A stretch of DNA of 64,000 nt from Gammaproteobacteria bacterium (GTDB taxonomy: Bacteria > Pseudomonadota > Gammaproteobacteria > JACCYU01). Positions 40,940 through 51,500 of this stretch are shown here, one piece after another. The position numbers were made by a program, and so were the translations under genes. A model generated the notes under the pieces. It was not told the DNA's origin, did no database searches, and was given only the letters and a program-made list of their open reading frames with translations. Where the stretch lies: the NCBI GenBank assembly GCA_013695765.1, contig JACCZW010000062.1, positions 6,665 through 70,664 of the forward strand, given 5' to 3'. Numbering within the stretch: the first letter of the stretch is position 1; the number at the start of each line of letters is the position of its first letter.

Positions 40940-42262
40940 TCAGCCCTGCAACTCGCGTATGCGCGTGCTCCACTCACACGCTTTGGCACGGATCTCCGCT
41001 TCGTCGAGGTTAGTCAGGCGGCGTCCTTGCAAGACTTGCTGACCGGCCACCCAGACATCCGTGACCTGATTGCGCCCCGTCGCGTAGATCAGTTGCGAGA
41101 CCGGATCGTAGAGTGGTGTGGCTTCGATCCTGTCGAGCTCGACGGCGACGATATCCGCCGATTTGCCGGCGATCAGTGAACCGGTCTGTTCGCCGAGTCC
41201 CAGCGCGATGGCGCCGTTCAAGGTCGCCATGCGCAGCGCGGCGGCGGCGGGCAGCGTCGTGGCGTCACCCGCGACCGCCTTGGCGAGCAGGGCCGCCGTG
41301 CGCATCTCCGCGAACATGTCCAGATCGTTGTTGCTGGCCGCGCCATCCGTTCCCAGCGCGACGTTGACGCCGGCGCGCATGAGCTGGTGCACGGGACAGA
41401 AACCGCTGGCGAGTTTCAGATTCGATTCCGGGCAATGCAGCACGTGCGCGCCGCCGCCGGCGACCTGTTCGATATCGGCGTCAGTCAGTTGCGTCATGTG
41501 CACCGCCAGCAACGAGGGCGACACGAGCCCGAGGCCGGCCAGGCGTTGCAGCGGCCGCCCGCCATGAGTGGCGATGCTCTGGCCGATTTCGTCGGCGGTT
41601 TCGTGCACATGCATGTGCACAGGGATATCCAGTTCGTCCGCGAAGGTGCGCACGCGCCTTAGCGCATCGTCCGACACGGTGTAAGGCGCGTGCGGCGCGA
41701 ACGCGGTGGTGATCAGCGCATCGCCTTTATATTCATCGTGCACCGTCAGCGCGCGGCTGATGTATTCGTCCGCGTTGCTCGCGTAGACCGTGGGGAAATC
41801 GATGACGATGAGGCCCACGCAGGCGCGCATGCCGGCGGTGACCGCGGCGCGCGCGGCGACTTCGGGAAAGAAATACATGTCGTTGAAGCAGGTAACGCCG
41901 CCGCGCAACATCTCCGCTGCCGCGAGCGCCGTGCCGTCGTAAACAAAGGTTTCGTTCACCCAGCGGTTCTCGGCCGGCCAGATGTGTTCCTTGAGCCAGG
42001 TCATCAACGGCAGGTCATCGGCCAGGCCGCGAAACAGACTCATGGCGGCATGCGTATGGGCATTGATCAGACCGGGGATCAGCGCGTGGCTGTCAAAGTG
42101 ATGCGTGGATCGCGCCTGATAACGGCGCTCGGCATCGACGCAGGGCAGAATATCGACGATCCTTCCCTGATCGATCGCTACGGCGTGATGTTCCAGCACC
42201 GTGTCCGGCGGCTCCACCGGCACTACCCAGCGCGCATTGATTAAGGTATCGATCATTCGCAT
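40940..42262 (-). CDS. mtaD: TRZ/ATZ-family amidohydrolase, 5-methylthioadenosine/S-adenosylhomocysteine deaminase-like
   Basis: Amidohydrolase metal ligands (INAHTH, HMHVHET, GTDGAASNN). Conserved position next to ubiG. Confidence 0.8.
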   Translation of the reverse strand: MRMIDTLINARWVVPVEPPDTVLEHHAVAIDQGRIVDILPCVDAERRYQARSTHHFDSHALIPGLINAHTHAAMSLFRGLADDLPLMTWLKEHIWPAENRWVNETFVYDGTALAAAEMLRGGVTCFNDMYFFPEVAARAAVTAGMRACVGLIVIDFPTVYASNADEYISRALTVHDEYKGDALITTAFAPHAPYTVSDDALRRVRTFADELDIPVHMHVHETADEIGQSIATHGGRPLQRLAGLGLVSPSLLAVHMTQLTDADIEQVAGGGAHVLHCPESNLKLASGFCPVHQLMRAGVNVALGTDGAASNNDLDMFAEMRTAALLAKAVAGDATTLPAAAALRMATLNGAIALGLGEQTGSLIAGKSADIVAVELDRIEATPLYDPVSQLIYATGRNQVTDVWVAGQQVLQGRRLTNLDEAEIRAKACEWSTRIRELQG

Positions 42263-42514
42263 GCGCGCTTGATTATTACACCACTATTTTCCGGCTGTTA
42301 AGTATCGGCTGGTAACTTGCGTGAGAGCTGGCGGGGTGCAGTGCCCTTTGATCTGCGGCGAGTCGCCGTTGGTAGCCGCCGGCAGGAAATGGCGTCTGGA
42401 ACGTAAAATTGTGCGTGGTAACAATTTATAGGCGTCAGGTAGCGCGGGCGCAAAGCTGCGCGGACAACAGGCACGCCCACGACCCTGCGAGCAGAATCGT
42501 GGGCGTGTCGGGAT

Positions 42515-43141
42515 TTACCGCATGACCTTTTTGGTGCCGGTCACGGAGACATCCACCCGCCGGTTGGTGGCGCGGCCTTCGCTGGTGTCGTTGCTGGTCA
42601 GCGGCGCGGTCTCGCCATAACCTCGGGTTGTAATGATAGCGGGGTCGATGCCCTCGTCGACTAATGCCGCCTTGGCACTTGCCGCGCGTTCCTCGGACAA
42701 ACCCTGATTATAGGACTCGGTGCCGACACTATCCGTATGCCCGGCGATATCGATGCTCAGGGCTTTTACATTTCGCACGCGGCCCGCCATCTCGCGAATG
42801 GCTTCGGCACCCTCGGGTTTGAGTTCGGCGCTATCGAAAGCAAAGTTGGCGTCCGCGCTCATGCTGACTTCCTCGATTACGGCGGTCGGCTGCGGTGCGG
42901 GCGCCGGTTTGGCGACAGGTTTGGGCTTGGGCTTTGGTTTGGGCACCAGATCGGGGTCGCACTCCCTGGTCGCATCGGCCTCGGTCCAGTCCGGTTTTTT
43001 CCAGCATTCGCCGTCGGCATTCTTGTACGCCTCCCCTTCGGGATTGCTCCAGTAGGCGCCTTCGTCGCCCTGAGCGTAGACTGCCGGGGTGCACAACAAG
43101 CCGCAGGCGATCGCGGCAATCGCTTGGTGTTTGATTCTCAT
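42515..43141 (-). CDS. OmpA-family peptidoglycan-associated protein
   Basis: Signal peptide, Pro-rich PKPKPKPKP linker, C-terminal OmpA domain (NQGLSEERAASAKAAL, NRRVDV). Start at MRIKHQ with a GGGAG Shine-Dalgarno. Confidence 0.85.
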   Translation of the reverse strand: MRIKHQAIAAIACGLLCTPAVYAQGDEGAYWSNPEGEAYKNADGECWKKPDWTEADATRECDPDLVPKPKPKPKPVAKPAPAPQPTAVIEEVSMSADANFAFDSAELKPEGAEAIREMAGRVRNVKALSIDIAGHTDSVGTESYNQGLSEERAASAKAALVDEGIDPAIITTRGYGETAPLTSNDTSEGRATNRRVDVSVTGTKKVMR

Positions 43142-43345
43142 CGAGGACTCCCTGATTATCATTGGGAACAAAAAGTATACAACCGGTGGAACGCATTTTC
43201 GTTTTAGTAAAACAGTCATCATGGAAAGGGTTGTTCCTGTCAGACTTTAAGGATAATGATTTGAACTTAACGCTACGTCAAGGCAACTGTGGCAATTTGA
43301 CCGAAGTTTTTGACGATTCCGCAACGCGGTAATAATGAGACCGCA

Positions 43346-44419
43346 ATGACGATGGGCGCGCACGACAAAATCAGAGCGATTCGGTGGCATGAAAACCGCG
43401 TGCGTCTGCTGGATCAGCGCCATTTGCCGGACACGGTTGCGTATCTCGATCTCGAGCGTAGCGATGACGTGGCGCAGGCCATCACCGACATGGTGGTGCG
43501 TGGCGCGCCTGCCATCGGCATCGCGGCCGCCTACGGCGTGGTGCTGGCCGCGCGCGCGACGCGGTTTACGTCGGACTGGCGGCAAGCCATCGAGCCCGCC
43601 ATTCAGCGGCTGGCCGCCGCGCGTCCAACCGCAGTCAATCTGCACTGGGCGATTGCGCGCATGCGCGCAGCCATCGCTATGCTAAGCCTCGATCCGGCAA
43701 CGTCTGATTCGACAATGCCCGACCCTGCGATGGCCCACCCTGGGCGCGAACTGCTCGCCGAGGCACGGCGCATTCACGAGGAGGACATCGCGGCGAATTA
43801 CCGCATGGGTGAACTGGGCGCCGCATTGCTGGACGGCAAGTCGGTCCTGACCCACTGCAATACAGGCTCGCTGGCCACCGGCGGTTACGGCACCGCACTG
43901 GGCGTGATCCGCAGCGGATTCCACACCGGACTGATCGCCAGGGTGTATGCGGGCGAGACGCGGCCCTGGCTGCAGGGCGCGCGGCTGACCGCGTGGGAAC
44001 TGGTGCAGGATCGCATCCCGGTCACCCTGCTGTGCGATGCTGCGGCGGCCAGCCTGCTACGCCAGGGTGATGTCGGCTGGGTCATCGTAGGCGCTGACCG
44101 GGTCGCCGCCAACGGCGATGTCGCCAACAAGATCGGCACCTATAATCTCGCGATAAACGCCCGTCATCACGGCGTGAAATTCATGGTAGTGGCGCCGACC
44201 AGCACCATTGATCTTGCCACGGCGAATGGTGACGATATTGACATCGAATATCGCGACGCGGGCGAGATGCTGTCGTCACTCGCGCTGAGGGAGTGTGGCG
44301 CCACGGTGTGGAATCCCGTGTTCGATGTAACGCCCGCGGAACTTGTCGACGCGCTGGTCACCGAGCGTGGCGTGGTACATCGGCCTGATGGGGCCAAACT
44401 GGCGGCACTGCTGCGCTAA
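43346..44419 (+). CDS. mtnA: S-methyl-5-thioribose-1-phosphate isomerase (methionine salvage)
   Basis: eIF-2B alpha/beta/delta-like family blocks ([38 protein letters not shown]). Confidence 0.9.
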   Translation: MTMGAHDKIRAIRWHENRVRLLDQRHLPDTVAYLDLERSDDVAQAITDMVVRGAPAIGIAAAYGVVLAARATRFTSDWRQAIEPAIQRLAAARPTAVNLHWAIARMRAAIAMLSLDPATSDSTMPDPAMAHPGRELLAEARRIHEEDIAANYRMGELGAALLDGKSVLTHCNTGSLATGGYGTALGVIRSGFHTGLIARVYAGETRPWLQGARLTAWELVQDRIPVTLLCDAAAASLLRQGDVGWVIVGADRVAANGDVANKIGTYNLAINARHHGVKFMVVAPTSTIDLATANGDDIDIEYRDAGEMLSSLALRECGATVWNPVFDVTPAELVDALVTERGVVHRPDGAKLAALLR

Positions 44420-44475
44420 CGAAAAAAAACGGCGCCATCAGGGCGCCGTTCTAATAGCACTTTCGACCGATTCAC

Positions 44476-44844
44476 TTAGTCGGTGGGTCTGTTCGGATTT
44501 TCCATCGATCCGCCGGCTTGACCGCCGCCAGCCGGTTTTCCGCCCATTGGTGTTTTGGCGCCCATGCTTTTAGCGCCGCTCATTGCCTTATCTGCTGACT
44601 TTTTAGCGCCCTGCATGGCGTCCTTCCCCGTCTTTTTGGCGCCTTGCATGGCCTCCTTGCCAGTCTGTTTGGCTTTCTCCATGCCCTTTTCCGCCATGCC
44701 GCTTGCGCCTTCCTGCGGCGCATCCTGCTGCCCACAGGCGCTCATCGCCAGCGCGATCAGCAGTGCGCTGGCGGCCGTCATGAGTCGTGGCTTCAAGGTT
44801 GTCGAGGCGTGTGAGGCTTGCTTCGGATCGTTGATCTGATTCAT
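44476..44844 (-). CDS. Small lipoprotein with tandem GK(E/D)AMQGAKK(T/S)(G/A)-type repeats
   Basis: Lipobox ALAMSAC. About 12-aa periodic repeats, visible as near-identical ~36-nt DNA repeats at 44590-44700. AGGAG Shine-Dalgarno before the ATG at 44844. Confidence 0.6.
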   Translation of the reverse strand: MNQINDPKQASHASTTLKPRLMTAASALLIALAMSACGQQDAPQEGASGMAEKGMEKAKQTGKEAMQGAKKTGKDAMQGAKKSADKAMSGAKSMGAKTPMGGKPAGGGQAGGSMENPNRPTD

Positions 44845-45040
44845 AGGCTTAACTCCTGATTGAAATGTAACGTAACGCCGCAGGCTGCGTGGTTCGTGAC
44901 CAAAGTGCAAGTCCACGATACCCGCACGACATCGGCACGGTGGGTCTAGCGGGTGTGTCGCGCGCGTCCTCTCCGCGCCTGACCACGGCGCTCACCACCA
45001 GATTAATGATTGCGCGCGGCAGCATTTCGTTCAAGTTATC

Positions 45041-45278
45041 TTACTTCTCGATGACGCGATATATCCACAGCAGCAGGATCGCGCCCAGTACGGCGATCAC
45101 GAAACTGCCGAGTTTGAAGCCATCCACTCGCCCGAAGCCAAGCGCCGACCCGATGAACCGCCGACCAGCGCGCCCGGGATAGCGAGCAGAATAGTGATGA
45201 TAAACCAGCCGGATCCTTGCCGGGCAAGATGAGCTTGGCGATCACCCCGGCGATCAGGCCGAAGATGATCCAGGCCAG
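45041..45278 (-). pseudogene. YeaQ/YmgE (GlsB) family small membrane protein with three 1-nt indels at homopolymers
   Basis: Pieces of the family consensus (GILAWIIFGLIAGVIAKLILPGKDPAGL / FIITILLAIPGALVGG / FIGSALGFGRVDGFKLGSFVIAVLGAILLLWIYRVIEK) lie in three different frames. The switches sit at a GGGG run (atgggg), a TTT run and a TT run. Confidence 0.6.
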
Positions 45279-45469
45279 AATACCCCATTAAATTTTCTCC
45301 ATGTTTTTGCATTAACATACACGGATACCGACCCGCGTGCTTGATGGAATAGGTGTAATGTGCCGGAGTGTAAACGGGGGAACATGTTACAATCTACCCC
45401 TTTTTCGATGAACCCCGTAACGATTAATAAGCGTCTTCGAAAGGCGCGCGCCCATTAAGTCAATATGTA

Positions 45470-48082
45470 ATGGCTGAATTCGCCAAAGAAATCCTGTCGG
45501 TCAATCTCGAAGACGAAATGCGGCAGTCGTACCTCGACTACGCCATGAGCGTAATCGTGGGGCGCGCGCTGCCGGACGTTCGGGATGGTCTCAAACCCGT
45601 GCATCGTCGCGTCCTGTACGCCATGAGCGTGCTGGGCGTCGATTGGAACAAGGGTTACAAGAAGTCGGCCCGCGTGGTCGGCGACGTCATCGGTAAATAT
45701 CATCCGCACGGCGAGTCCGCTGTTTACGACGCCATCGTGCGTATGGCGCAGCTGTTTTCCATGCGCTACATGCTGATAGACGGGCAGGGTAACTTCGGCT
45801 CGGTGGACGGCGACGCGCCCGCCGCCATGCGCTACACCGAGGTTCGCATGGCGCGCATCGCGGCCGAGATCCTGGCGGATCTGGACAAGGAAACGGTCGA
45901 TTTCGTCCCCAATTACGACGAGACCGAGCGCGAGCCGCGGGTATTGCCCGCTCGCGTCCCCAACCTGCTGATCAACGGTTCGTCCGGCATCGCCGTGGGC
46001 ATGGCGACCAACATTCCGCCGCACAATATTACCGAAGTCATCAACGCCTGCGTGGCGCTGATCGATAACCCGGAAACCGAGATCGCGGAACTGATGGCGT
46101 ATGTGCCGGGCCCGGATTTCCCCACCGCCGGCATCATCAATGGCACGCGAGGCATTGTCGAGGCCTATCTGACGGGCCGCGGCCGCATCTACGTGCGCGC
46201 GCGCAACCACATCGAGACGGAAGACAACGGCAAACAGCGGATCGTCGTCACCGAGCTGCCATATCAGGTCAACAAGGCGCGGCTGCTGGAAAAGATCGCG
46301 GAGTTGGTCAAGGACAAGCGCGTCGAGGGCATCACCGAGTTGCGCGACGAGTCCGACAAGGACGGCATGCGCATGGTCATCGAGTTGCGCCGCGGCGAGG
46401 TGGCGGAGGTCATTCTCAATAATCTGTACCAGCACACCCAGATGCAGAACGTATTCGGCATCAACATGGTGGCACTGGTGGATGGCCAGCCCCGGCTGGT
46501 GAATCTCAAAGAAATTTTGCAGTCGTTCGTACGTCACCGGCGCGAAGTAGTCACGCGGCGCACGATTTACGATCTGCGTAAGGCCCGCGAACGCGCGCAC
46601 GTGCTGGAGGGTCAGGCCGTGGCGCTGGCGAATATCGGTGCCGTGATTGAGTTGATCAAGGCCAGCTCGAATCCCGCCGAGGCCAAAAGCGCGATGATGG
46701 CGGGCGTCTGGGCGCCGGGTGTAGTAACGGAACTATTGGCGCGCAGCGGTGCTGAGGATACCCGGCCGGACGGGCTTGCGCCGCAGTTCGGTATGAACGA
46801 GAACGGCTATCGCTTATCCGACCTGCAGGCGCAGGCGATCCTGGATTTGCGTCTGCAGCGGCTCACAGCACTTGAGCAGGACAAAATCGTCAAGGACTAC
46901 GGCGAACTGCTCGCCAGCATTGGCGAATACTTGCAGATTCTGCGCGAGCCGGAGCGCCTGCTGCAAGTTATTCGCGACGAACTGGTGGCCGCGCGCGAAC
47001 AGTTCGGCGATGCGCGGCGCAGCGAGATTCTTGAGAATCAGCTCGACCTGACCCTCGAAGATCTGATTCCCTCGGAAGAAGTAGTGGTGACCCTGTCGCA
47101 CTCCGGTTACGCCAAGTCGCAGCCCGTTGACGTGTACCGTGCGCAACGGCGCGGCGGTCGTGGCAAGGCGGCTACCTCGTTCAAGGCCGAGGACTTTATT
47201 GACAAATTATTCGTTGCCAATACGCACGACACTATTCTGTGCTTCTCCAGCCGTGGCAAGGTTTACTGGCTCAAGGTTTACCAGCTGCCGCAGGGAGGGC
47301 GCGGCGCGCGTGGCAAGCCCATGGTGAATCTGCTGCCACTTGAAGAGGGCGAACGCATCAGCGCCGTGCGGCCCGTTCGGGAGTTCACCGCTGACTGTTT
47401 TGTGCTGATGGCGACCAGCGCCGGCACCATCAAGAAAACGCCGTTGGTGGAGTTCTCCAGACCGCGCACCAACGGCATCATCGCCATCGACCTGCACGAT
47501 AACGATGCGTTGATCAGCGTTTGTATAACCGATGGTTTCGCGGACATCATCCTGGTCAGCAATGCGGGCAAGGCGGTGCGTTTCAAGGAATCCGAGGTGC
47601 GTTCCATGGGCCGCACCGCGTCCGGCGTGCGCGGCATCCGGCTGCGTCGGGACCAACGGGTCATATCCCTGATGACTGTAGATGCGACCGCCAGCGGCAA
47701 CACGGTGCTGGTCGCGACCGAACTGGGCTTTGGCAAACGCACGCCGATCGCCGATTTTCCGCTGCACGGCCGCGGCGGCCAGGGTGTCATCGCCATCCAG
47801 TCCAGTCCGCGCAACGGCGCTGTGATCGGCGCCGAGCTGGTCAGCGACGACGACGAGATCATGCTCATCACGGACAGTGGCAATCTGGTGCGGACCACGG
47901 TTGCCGGGGTGTCGTTGCTGAGTCGCAACACGCAGGGCGTAACCCTCATCCGCCTGGGCGAGGGGGAGCGTCTGGTGGAAGTCGAGCGCATCGAAGGGCT
48001 GAACGGTGACGCCGATGACGCTGGCGAGCCGCTGACAGACGACGCACCGCTGACAGACCCGCGAATAGACGACGGGGTGTGA
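45470..48082 (+). CDS. gyrA: DNA gyrase subunit A
   Basis: 870 aa. Active-site region (AAMRYTE), [21 protein letters not shown], six GyrA-box beta-pinwheel repeats, acidic C-tail. Confidence 0.97.
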   Translation: MAEFAKEILSVNLEDEMRQSYLDYAMSVIVGRALPDVRDGLKPVHRRVLYAMSVLGVDWNKGYKKSARVVGDVIGKYHPHGESAVYDAIVRMAQLFSMRYMLIDGQGNFGSVDGDAPAAMRYTEVRMARIAAEILADLDKETVDFVPNYDETEREPRVLPARVPNLLINGSSGIAVGMATNIPPHNITEVINACVALIDNPETEIAELMAYVPGPDFPTAGIINGTRGIVEAYLTGRGRIYVRARNHIETEDNGKQRIVVTELPYQVNKARLLEKIAELVKDKRVEGITELRDESDKDGMRMVIELRRGEVAEVILNNLYQHTQMQNVFGINMVALVDGQPRLVNLKEILQSFVRHRREVVTRRTIYDLRKARERAHVLEGQAVALANIGAVIELIKASSNPAEAKSAMMAGVWAPGVVTELLARSGAEDTRPDGLAPQFGMNENGYRLSDLQAQAILDLRLQRLTALEQDKIVKDYGELLASIGEYLQILREPERLLQVIRDELVAAREQFGDARRSEILENQLDLTLEDLIPSEEVVVTLSHSGYAKSQPVDVYRAQRRGGRGKAATSFKAEDFIDKLFVANTHDTILCFSSRGKVYWLKVYQLPQGGRGARGKPMVNLLPLEEGERISAVRPVREFTADCFVLMATSAGTIKKTPLVEFSRPRTNGIIAIDLHDNDALISVCITDGFADIILVSNAGKAVRFKESEVRSMGRTASGVRGIRLRRDQRVISLMTVDATASGNTVLVATELGFGKRTPIADFPLHGRGGQGVIAIQSSPRNGAVIGAELVSDDDEIMLITDSGNLVRTTVAGVSLLSRNTQGVTLIRLGEGERLVEVERIEGLNGDADDAGEPLTDDAPLTDPRIDDGV

Positions 48083-48129
48083 AGCGCCACGCGGTAAAAG
48101 TCAAAACCAGATTATTCACGGGAGACAAT

Positions 48130-49212
48130 GTGTCGAGAATATTCAATTTCGGCGCCGGGCCCGCCATGCTGCCGGCGGAGGTCATGCAGACAGCCAGCGA
48201 AGAGCTGCTGGACTGGCGCGGCAGTGGCATGTCGGTGATGGAGATGAGCCATCGCGGCGACGAGTTCATGTCGATCGCGCGCGAGGCCGAAGCCGACCTG
48301 CGCGCGCTGCTGGCTATACCGGACCGCTACAAGGTGCTGTTTTTGCAGGGTGGGGCGAGCAGCCAGTTCGCGATGGTCCCGCTGAATCTGTTGCGCGGCA
48401 ATCCTAGCGCGGATTACATCAACACCGGTTATTGGTCCAAACAGGCCATTGCCGAAGCGAAGCGTTTTTGTAAAGTGAATGTCGCCGCCTCGGATGAAGA
48501 CGATCGTTTCACGAAGATCCCGCCAGTTGCGTCGTGGTCGCTGGATTCGACGTCGGCGTACGTGCATTACACGCCGAACGAGACCATCGGCGGCGTGGAG
48601 TTTCTTTGGGTGCCGGACATCGGTGGGGTGCCGCTGGTCGCGGACCTGTCGTCCACCATTCTGTCGCGTCCGTTCGACGTGGAGAAACACGCCGTGATTT
48701 ATGCCGGCGCGCAGAAGAACATCGGACCGGCGGGGCTGACCGTCGTCATCGTGCGTGATGACTTGATCGGCGAACTCGCCGCCGGCACACCGGGCATGTT
48801 CAGCTATCGCAACCACGCGGACGCGCAGTCGATGTATAACACCCCACCGGCGTTTGCGTGGTATGTGGCCGGACTGGTGTTCAAATGGCTCAAACAGCAG
48901 GGTGGCCTGGCAGCGATGGAAGCGCGCAACAGCGCCAAGGCGGAAAAACTCTACGCCGCCATCGATGCTTCGGATTTTTATCGTAATCCGGTACAGCGCG
49001 ACTGCCGTTCGCGGATGAACGTGCCATTTACCCTGGCCGATGCGTCGCTTGACGATTTGTTTCTGTCGCAGGCGGCCGACCAGGGCCTGCACGCGCTCAA
49101 GGGTCATCGCTCGGTCGGCGGCATGCGCGCCAGCATTTACAACGCCATGCCGGAGGCGGGGGTGGACGCGTTGATCGAATTCATGCGCGATTTTGCCCGC
49201 GCGCAGGGGTGA
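48130..49212 (+). CDS. serC: Phosphoserine aminotransferase
   Basis: [12 protein letters not shown]-terminus, PLP-lysine region. GTG start at 48130 after GGGAGA. gyrA-serC adjacency as in Pseudomonas. Confidence 0.9.
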   Translation: MSRIFNFGAGPAMLPAEVMQTASEELLDWRGSGMSVMEMSHRGDEFMSIAREAEADLRALLAIPDRYKVLFLQGGASSQFAMVPLNLLRGNPSADYINTGYWSKQAIAEAKRFCKVNVAASDEDDRFTKIPPVASWSLDSTSAYVHYTPNETIGGVEFLWVPDIGGVPLVADLSSTILSRPFDVEKHAVIYAGAQKNIGPAGLTVVIVRDDLIGELAAGTPGMFSYRNHADAQSMYNTPPAFAWYVAGLVFKWLKQQGGLAAMEARNSAKAEKLYAAIDASDFYRNPVQRDCRSRMNVPFTLADASLDDLFLSQAADQGLHALKGHRSVGGMRASIYNAMPEAGVDALIEFMRDFARAQG

Positions 49213-49238
49213 CCTTGATTTAACGGCTAGGCATTGAA

Positions 49239-50402
49239 ATGTACAAGATTCTGACCCTGAACAATATTTCCGCGAAAGGTATAGAACAGCTACCCCGCGA
49301 GCTCTATCAAGTCGCCGCGGAGGTAGAACATCCGGATGCGATCATGGTGCGCTCGCATAACATGCACGGCATGACGTTTCCGCACGCGTTACAAGCCGTG
49401 GCGCGGGCGGGCGCTGGTGTTAACAACATCCCGGTCGATGCGTTGAGCCGACAGGGAATCGCGGTGTTCAATACGCCCGGCGCGAACGCCAACGCAGTCA
49501 AGGAACTGGTGCTGGCCGGCATGCTCATCGCATGCCGCAACATCTGCCAGGCGTGGGACTACGCGCGGGGGTTGAGCGGCGACGACGCCGCGCTCAACAA
49601 GGTTATTGAGGGCGAGAAGAAACAGTTCGCGGGTTACGAATTGCCCGGTCGCACTCTGGGTGTGTTCGGCCTGGGCGCGATCGGGGTACAGGTGGCGAAC
49701 GCCGCGCGGGGCTTGGGCATGCACGTCGTGGGCTACGATCCCCGCATCACCGTCACGCGCGCTTGGCAGCTTTCGGCGGACGTGGAGCGCGCGCACAGCA
49801 TCGACGACCTGCTCTCCAAAGTCGATTTCGTAACCTTTCATGTGCCGCTGATGAAAGAGACGCAAGGCATGATCGACGCGAAGCGCCTGGGGATGATGCG
49901 CGACGGCGTGGTGATCCTCAATTTCGCGCGCAGCGGCATCGTCGACGACGACGCCGTTTGCGAAGCCATAGACGCCGGCAAGGTCTATGCGTACGTATGT
50001 GATTTTCCGTCCCGGCGGTTGCAGGCGCAGCCGCGCGTGATCGCGCTGCCGCACCTGGGTGCGTCCACGCGCGAAGCGGAGGATAACTGCGCGGTGATGG
50101 CCGCGCTGCAGATCAAGGAATACCTGGAGCAGGGCACCATCAGAAATTCGGTCAATTTCCCGGAAGTGACCTTGCCGCGCAAGGGCCACATGCGGCTCGC
50201 GATCGCCAACCAAAACGTGCCCGACATGGTGGCGCGGATTTCTCACTTCCTGGGCCGCGAGCAGGTTAACATCGTGCACATGGTCAACGAATCCAACGGC
50301 GCGCTGGCGTATACCTTGCTCGATACCGCCACTGCCGTGTCGGATGACATCATCGCTCGCATCGCCGCGACCGAGGGCGTGTTACGGGTGCGCGCCGTTT
50401 GA
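49239..50402 (+). CDS. D-isomer-specific 2-hydroxyacid dehydrogenase with a C-terminal ACT domain (SerA-like phosphoglycerate dehydrogenase)
   Basis: NAD-binding GLGAIGVQVA, catalytic R/E/H (ARSGIVDDDA ... PHLGAST), C-terminal regulatory ACT-like domain. Confidence 0.8.
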   Translation: MYKILTLNNISAKGIEQLPRELYQVAAEVEHPDAIMVRSHNMHGMTFPHALQAVARAGAGVNNIPVDALSRQGIAVFNTPGANANAVKELVLAGMLIACRNICQAWDYARGLSGDDAALNKVIEGEKKQFAGYELPGRTLGVFGLGAIGVQVANAARGLGMHVVGYDPRITVTRAWQLSADVERAHSIDDLLSKVDFVTFHVPLMKETQGMIDAKRLGMMRDGVVILNFARSGIVDDDAVCEAIDAGKVYAYVCDFPSRRLQAQPRVIALPHLGASTREAEDNCAVMAALQIKEYLEQGTIRNSVNFPEVTLPRKGHMRLAIANQNVPDMVARISHFLGREQVNIVHMVNESNGALAYTLLDTATAVSDDIIARIAATEGVLRVRAV

Positions 50403-50414
50403 AAAGGTAAGGAC

Positions 50415-51500
50415 ATGAACGACCGCGCTGCACTGGACGTCGCCCGCGAGCAAATCGACGAGTTGGATGCGCAAATCCTGCGCCTCATCAGCGAGCGCGC
50501 GGAGGTGGCGCTTAAGGTCGCGCGGATCAAGCGCCAGACCGATGCGGATGCGCCGTGCTACCGGCCCGAGCGCGAGGCCGAAGTGTTACGCCGGGTGCTG
50601 GCGCGCAATCAGGGGCCGTTGAGCGAAGAGGAGATGGCGCGCCTGTTTCGCGAGATCATGTCCGCATGCCTGGCGCTGGAGCAACCGCTGAAGGTGGCAT
50701 TTCTCGGGCCGGAGGGCACCTTCACGCAGGAAGCGGTGCTCAAGCATTTCGGTCATTCGGTGAAAGCTATCGCGCAGGGCGCCATCGACCAGGTGTTTCG
50801 CGAGGTAGACTCCGGCGCGGCCCATTACGGCGTGGTGCCGATCGAAAATTCTACCGAGGGCGTGGTCAATCACACGCTGGACATGTTTTTGCAGTCGTCG
50901 CTAAAGATTAATGGCGAAGTCGAATTGAGCATCCATCATCATCTGCTTTCGAACCTGGACGACGCCGCGCGCATTGAACGCGTGTATTCGCATCAGCAAT
51001 CTCTGGCGCAGTGTCGTAGCTGGCTGGATTCGAATCTGCCACAAGCCGAGCGCATCGCGGTCAGTAGTAATGCCGAGGGCGCCCGCCGTGCGCGAGGCGA
51101 AGGCAATGCGGCCGCCATCGCTGGCGCCGCCGCGGCGCGCGCCTATCGCCTGCACGCCCTGCGCAACAACATCGAGGACAATCCGAACAACATCACGCGC
51201 TTTTTGATCATTGGCCGTCATCGGGTGCCGCCCAGCGGTTTCGACAAGACCAGCCTGGTGGTGTCGGGACGTAACAAGCCCGGGTTACTGTGCCGGTTGC
51301 TGGCGCCGCTGGCGCAAAACGGGGTAAGCATGACGCGCATTGCCTCGCGCCCGTCGCAACTGGTGAACTGGGAATACGTATTCTTTCTGGATGTGGAAGG
51401 TCACATGGACGACGGGAAACTCAAGCCGGCGCTGGATGACCTGGAGAAACTCGGCGACCTGTTCAAGGTGCTGGGTTCGTACCCGCGCGCCGTTCTTTAG
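50415..51500 (+). CDS. pheA: Bifunctional chorismate mutase / prephenate dehydratase (P-protein)
   Basis: CM domain (ELDAQILRLISERAEVALKVARIK), PDT domain (FLGPEGTFTQEA, TRF) and an ACT domain. Confidence 0.9.
   Translation: MNDRAALDVAREQIDELDAQILRLISERAEVALKVARIKRQTDADAPCYRPEREAEVLRRVLARNQGPLSEEEMARLFREIMSACLALEQPLKVAFLGPEGTFTQEAVLKHFGHSVKAIAQGAIDQVFREVDSGAAHYGVVPIENSTEGVVNHTLDMFLQSSLKINGEVELSIHHHLLSNLDDAARIERVYSHQQSLAQCRSWLDSNLPQAERIAVSSNAEGARRARGEGNAAAIAGAAAARAYRLHALRNNIEDNPNNITRFLIIGRHRVPPSGFDKTSLVVSGRNKPGLLCRLLAPLAQNGVSMTRIASRPSQLVNWEYVFFLDVEGHMDDGKLKPALDDLEKLGDLFKVLGSYPRAVL

Noticed and set aside
43247-43645. Minus-strand 132-aa ORF overlapping the mtnA start
   Set aside because: Overlaps the conserved N-terminus of MtnA on the opposite strand; composition-driven.
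44560-44720. A periodic ~36-nt DNA repeat that could be mistaken for a CRISPR or other repeat array
   Set aside because: It is in-frame coding repeat inside the small lipoprotein gene; the spacers are not unique sequence. No cas genes are present, and no other CRISPR-like array is visible in the window.
45700-45760. GyrA QRDR checked for fluoroquinolone-resistance substitutions
   Set aside because: The sequence reads [17 protein letters not shown]. The positions equivalent to E. coli S83 and D87 are the wild-type S and D; the differences (D82E, T88A) are common natural variation, not known resistance alleles.
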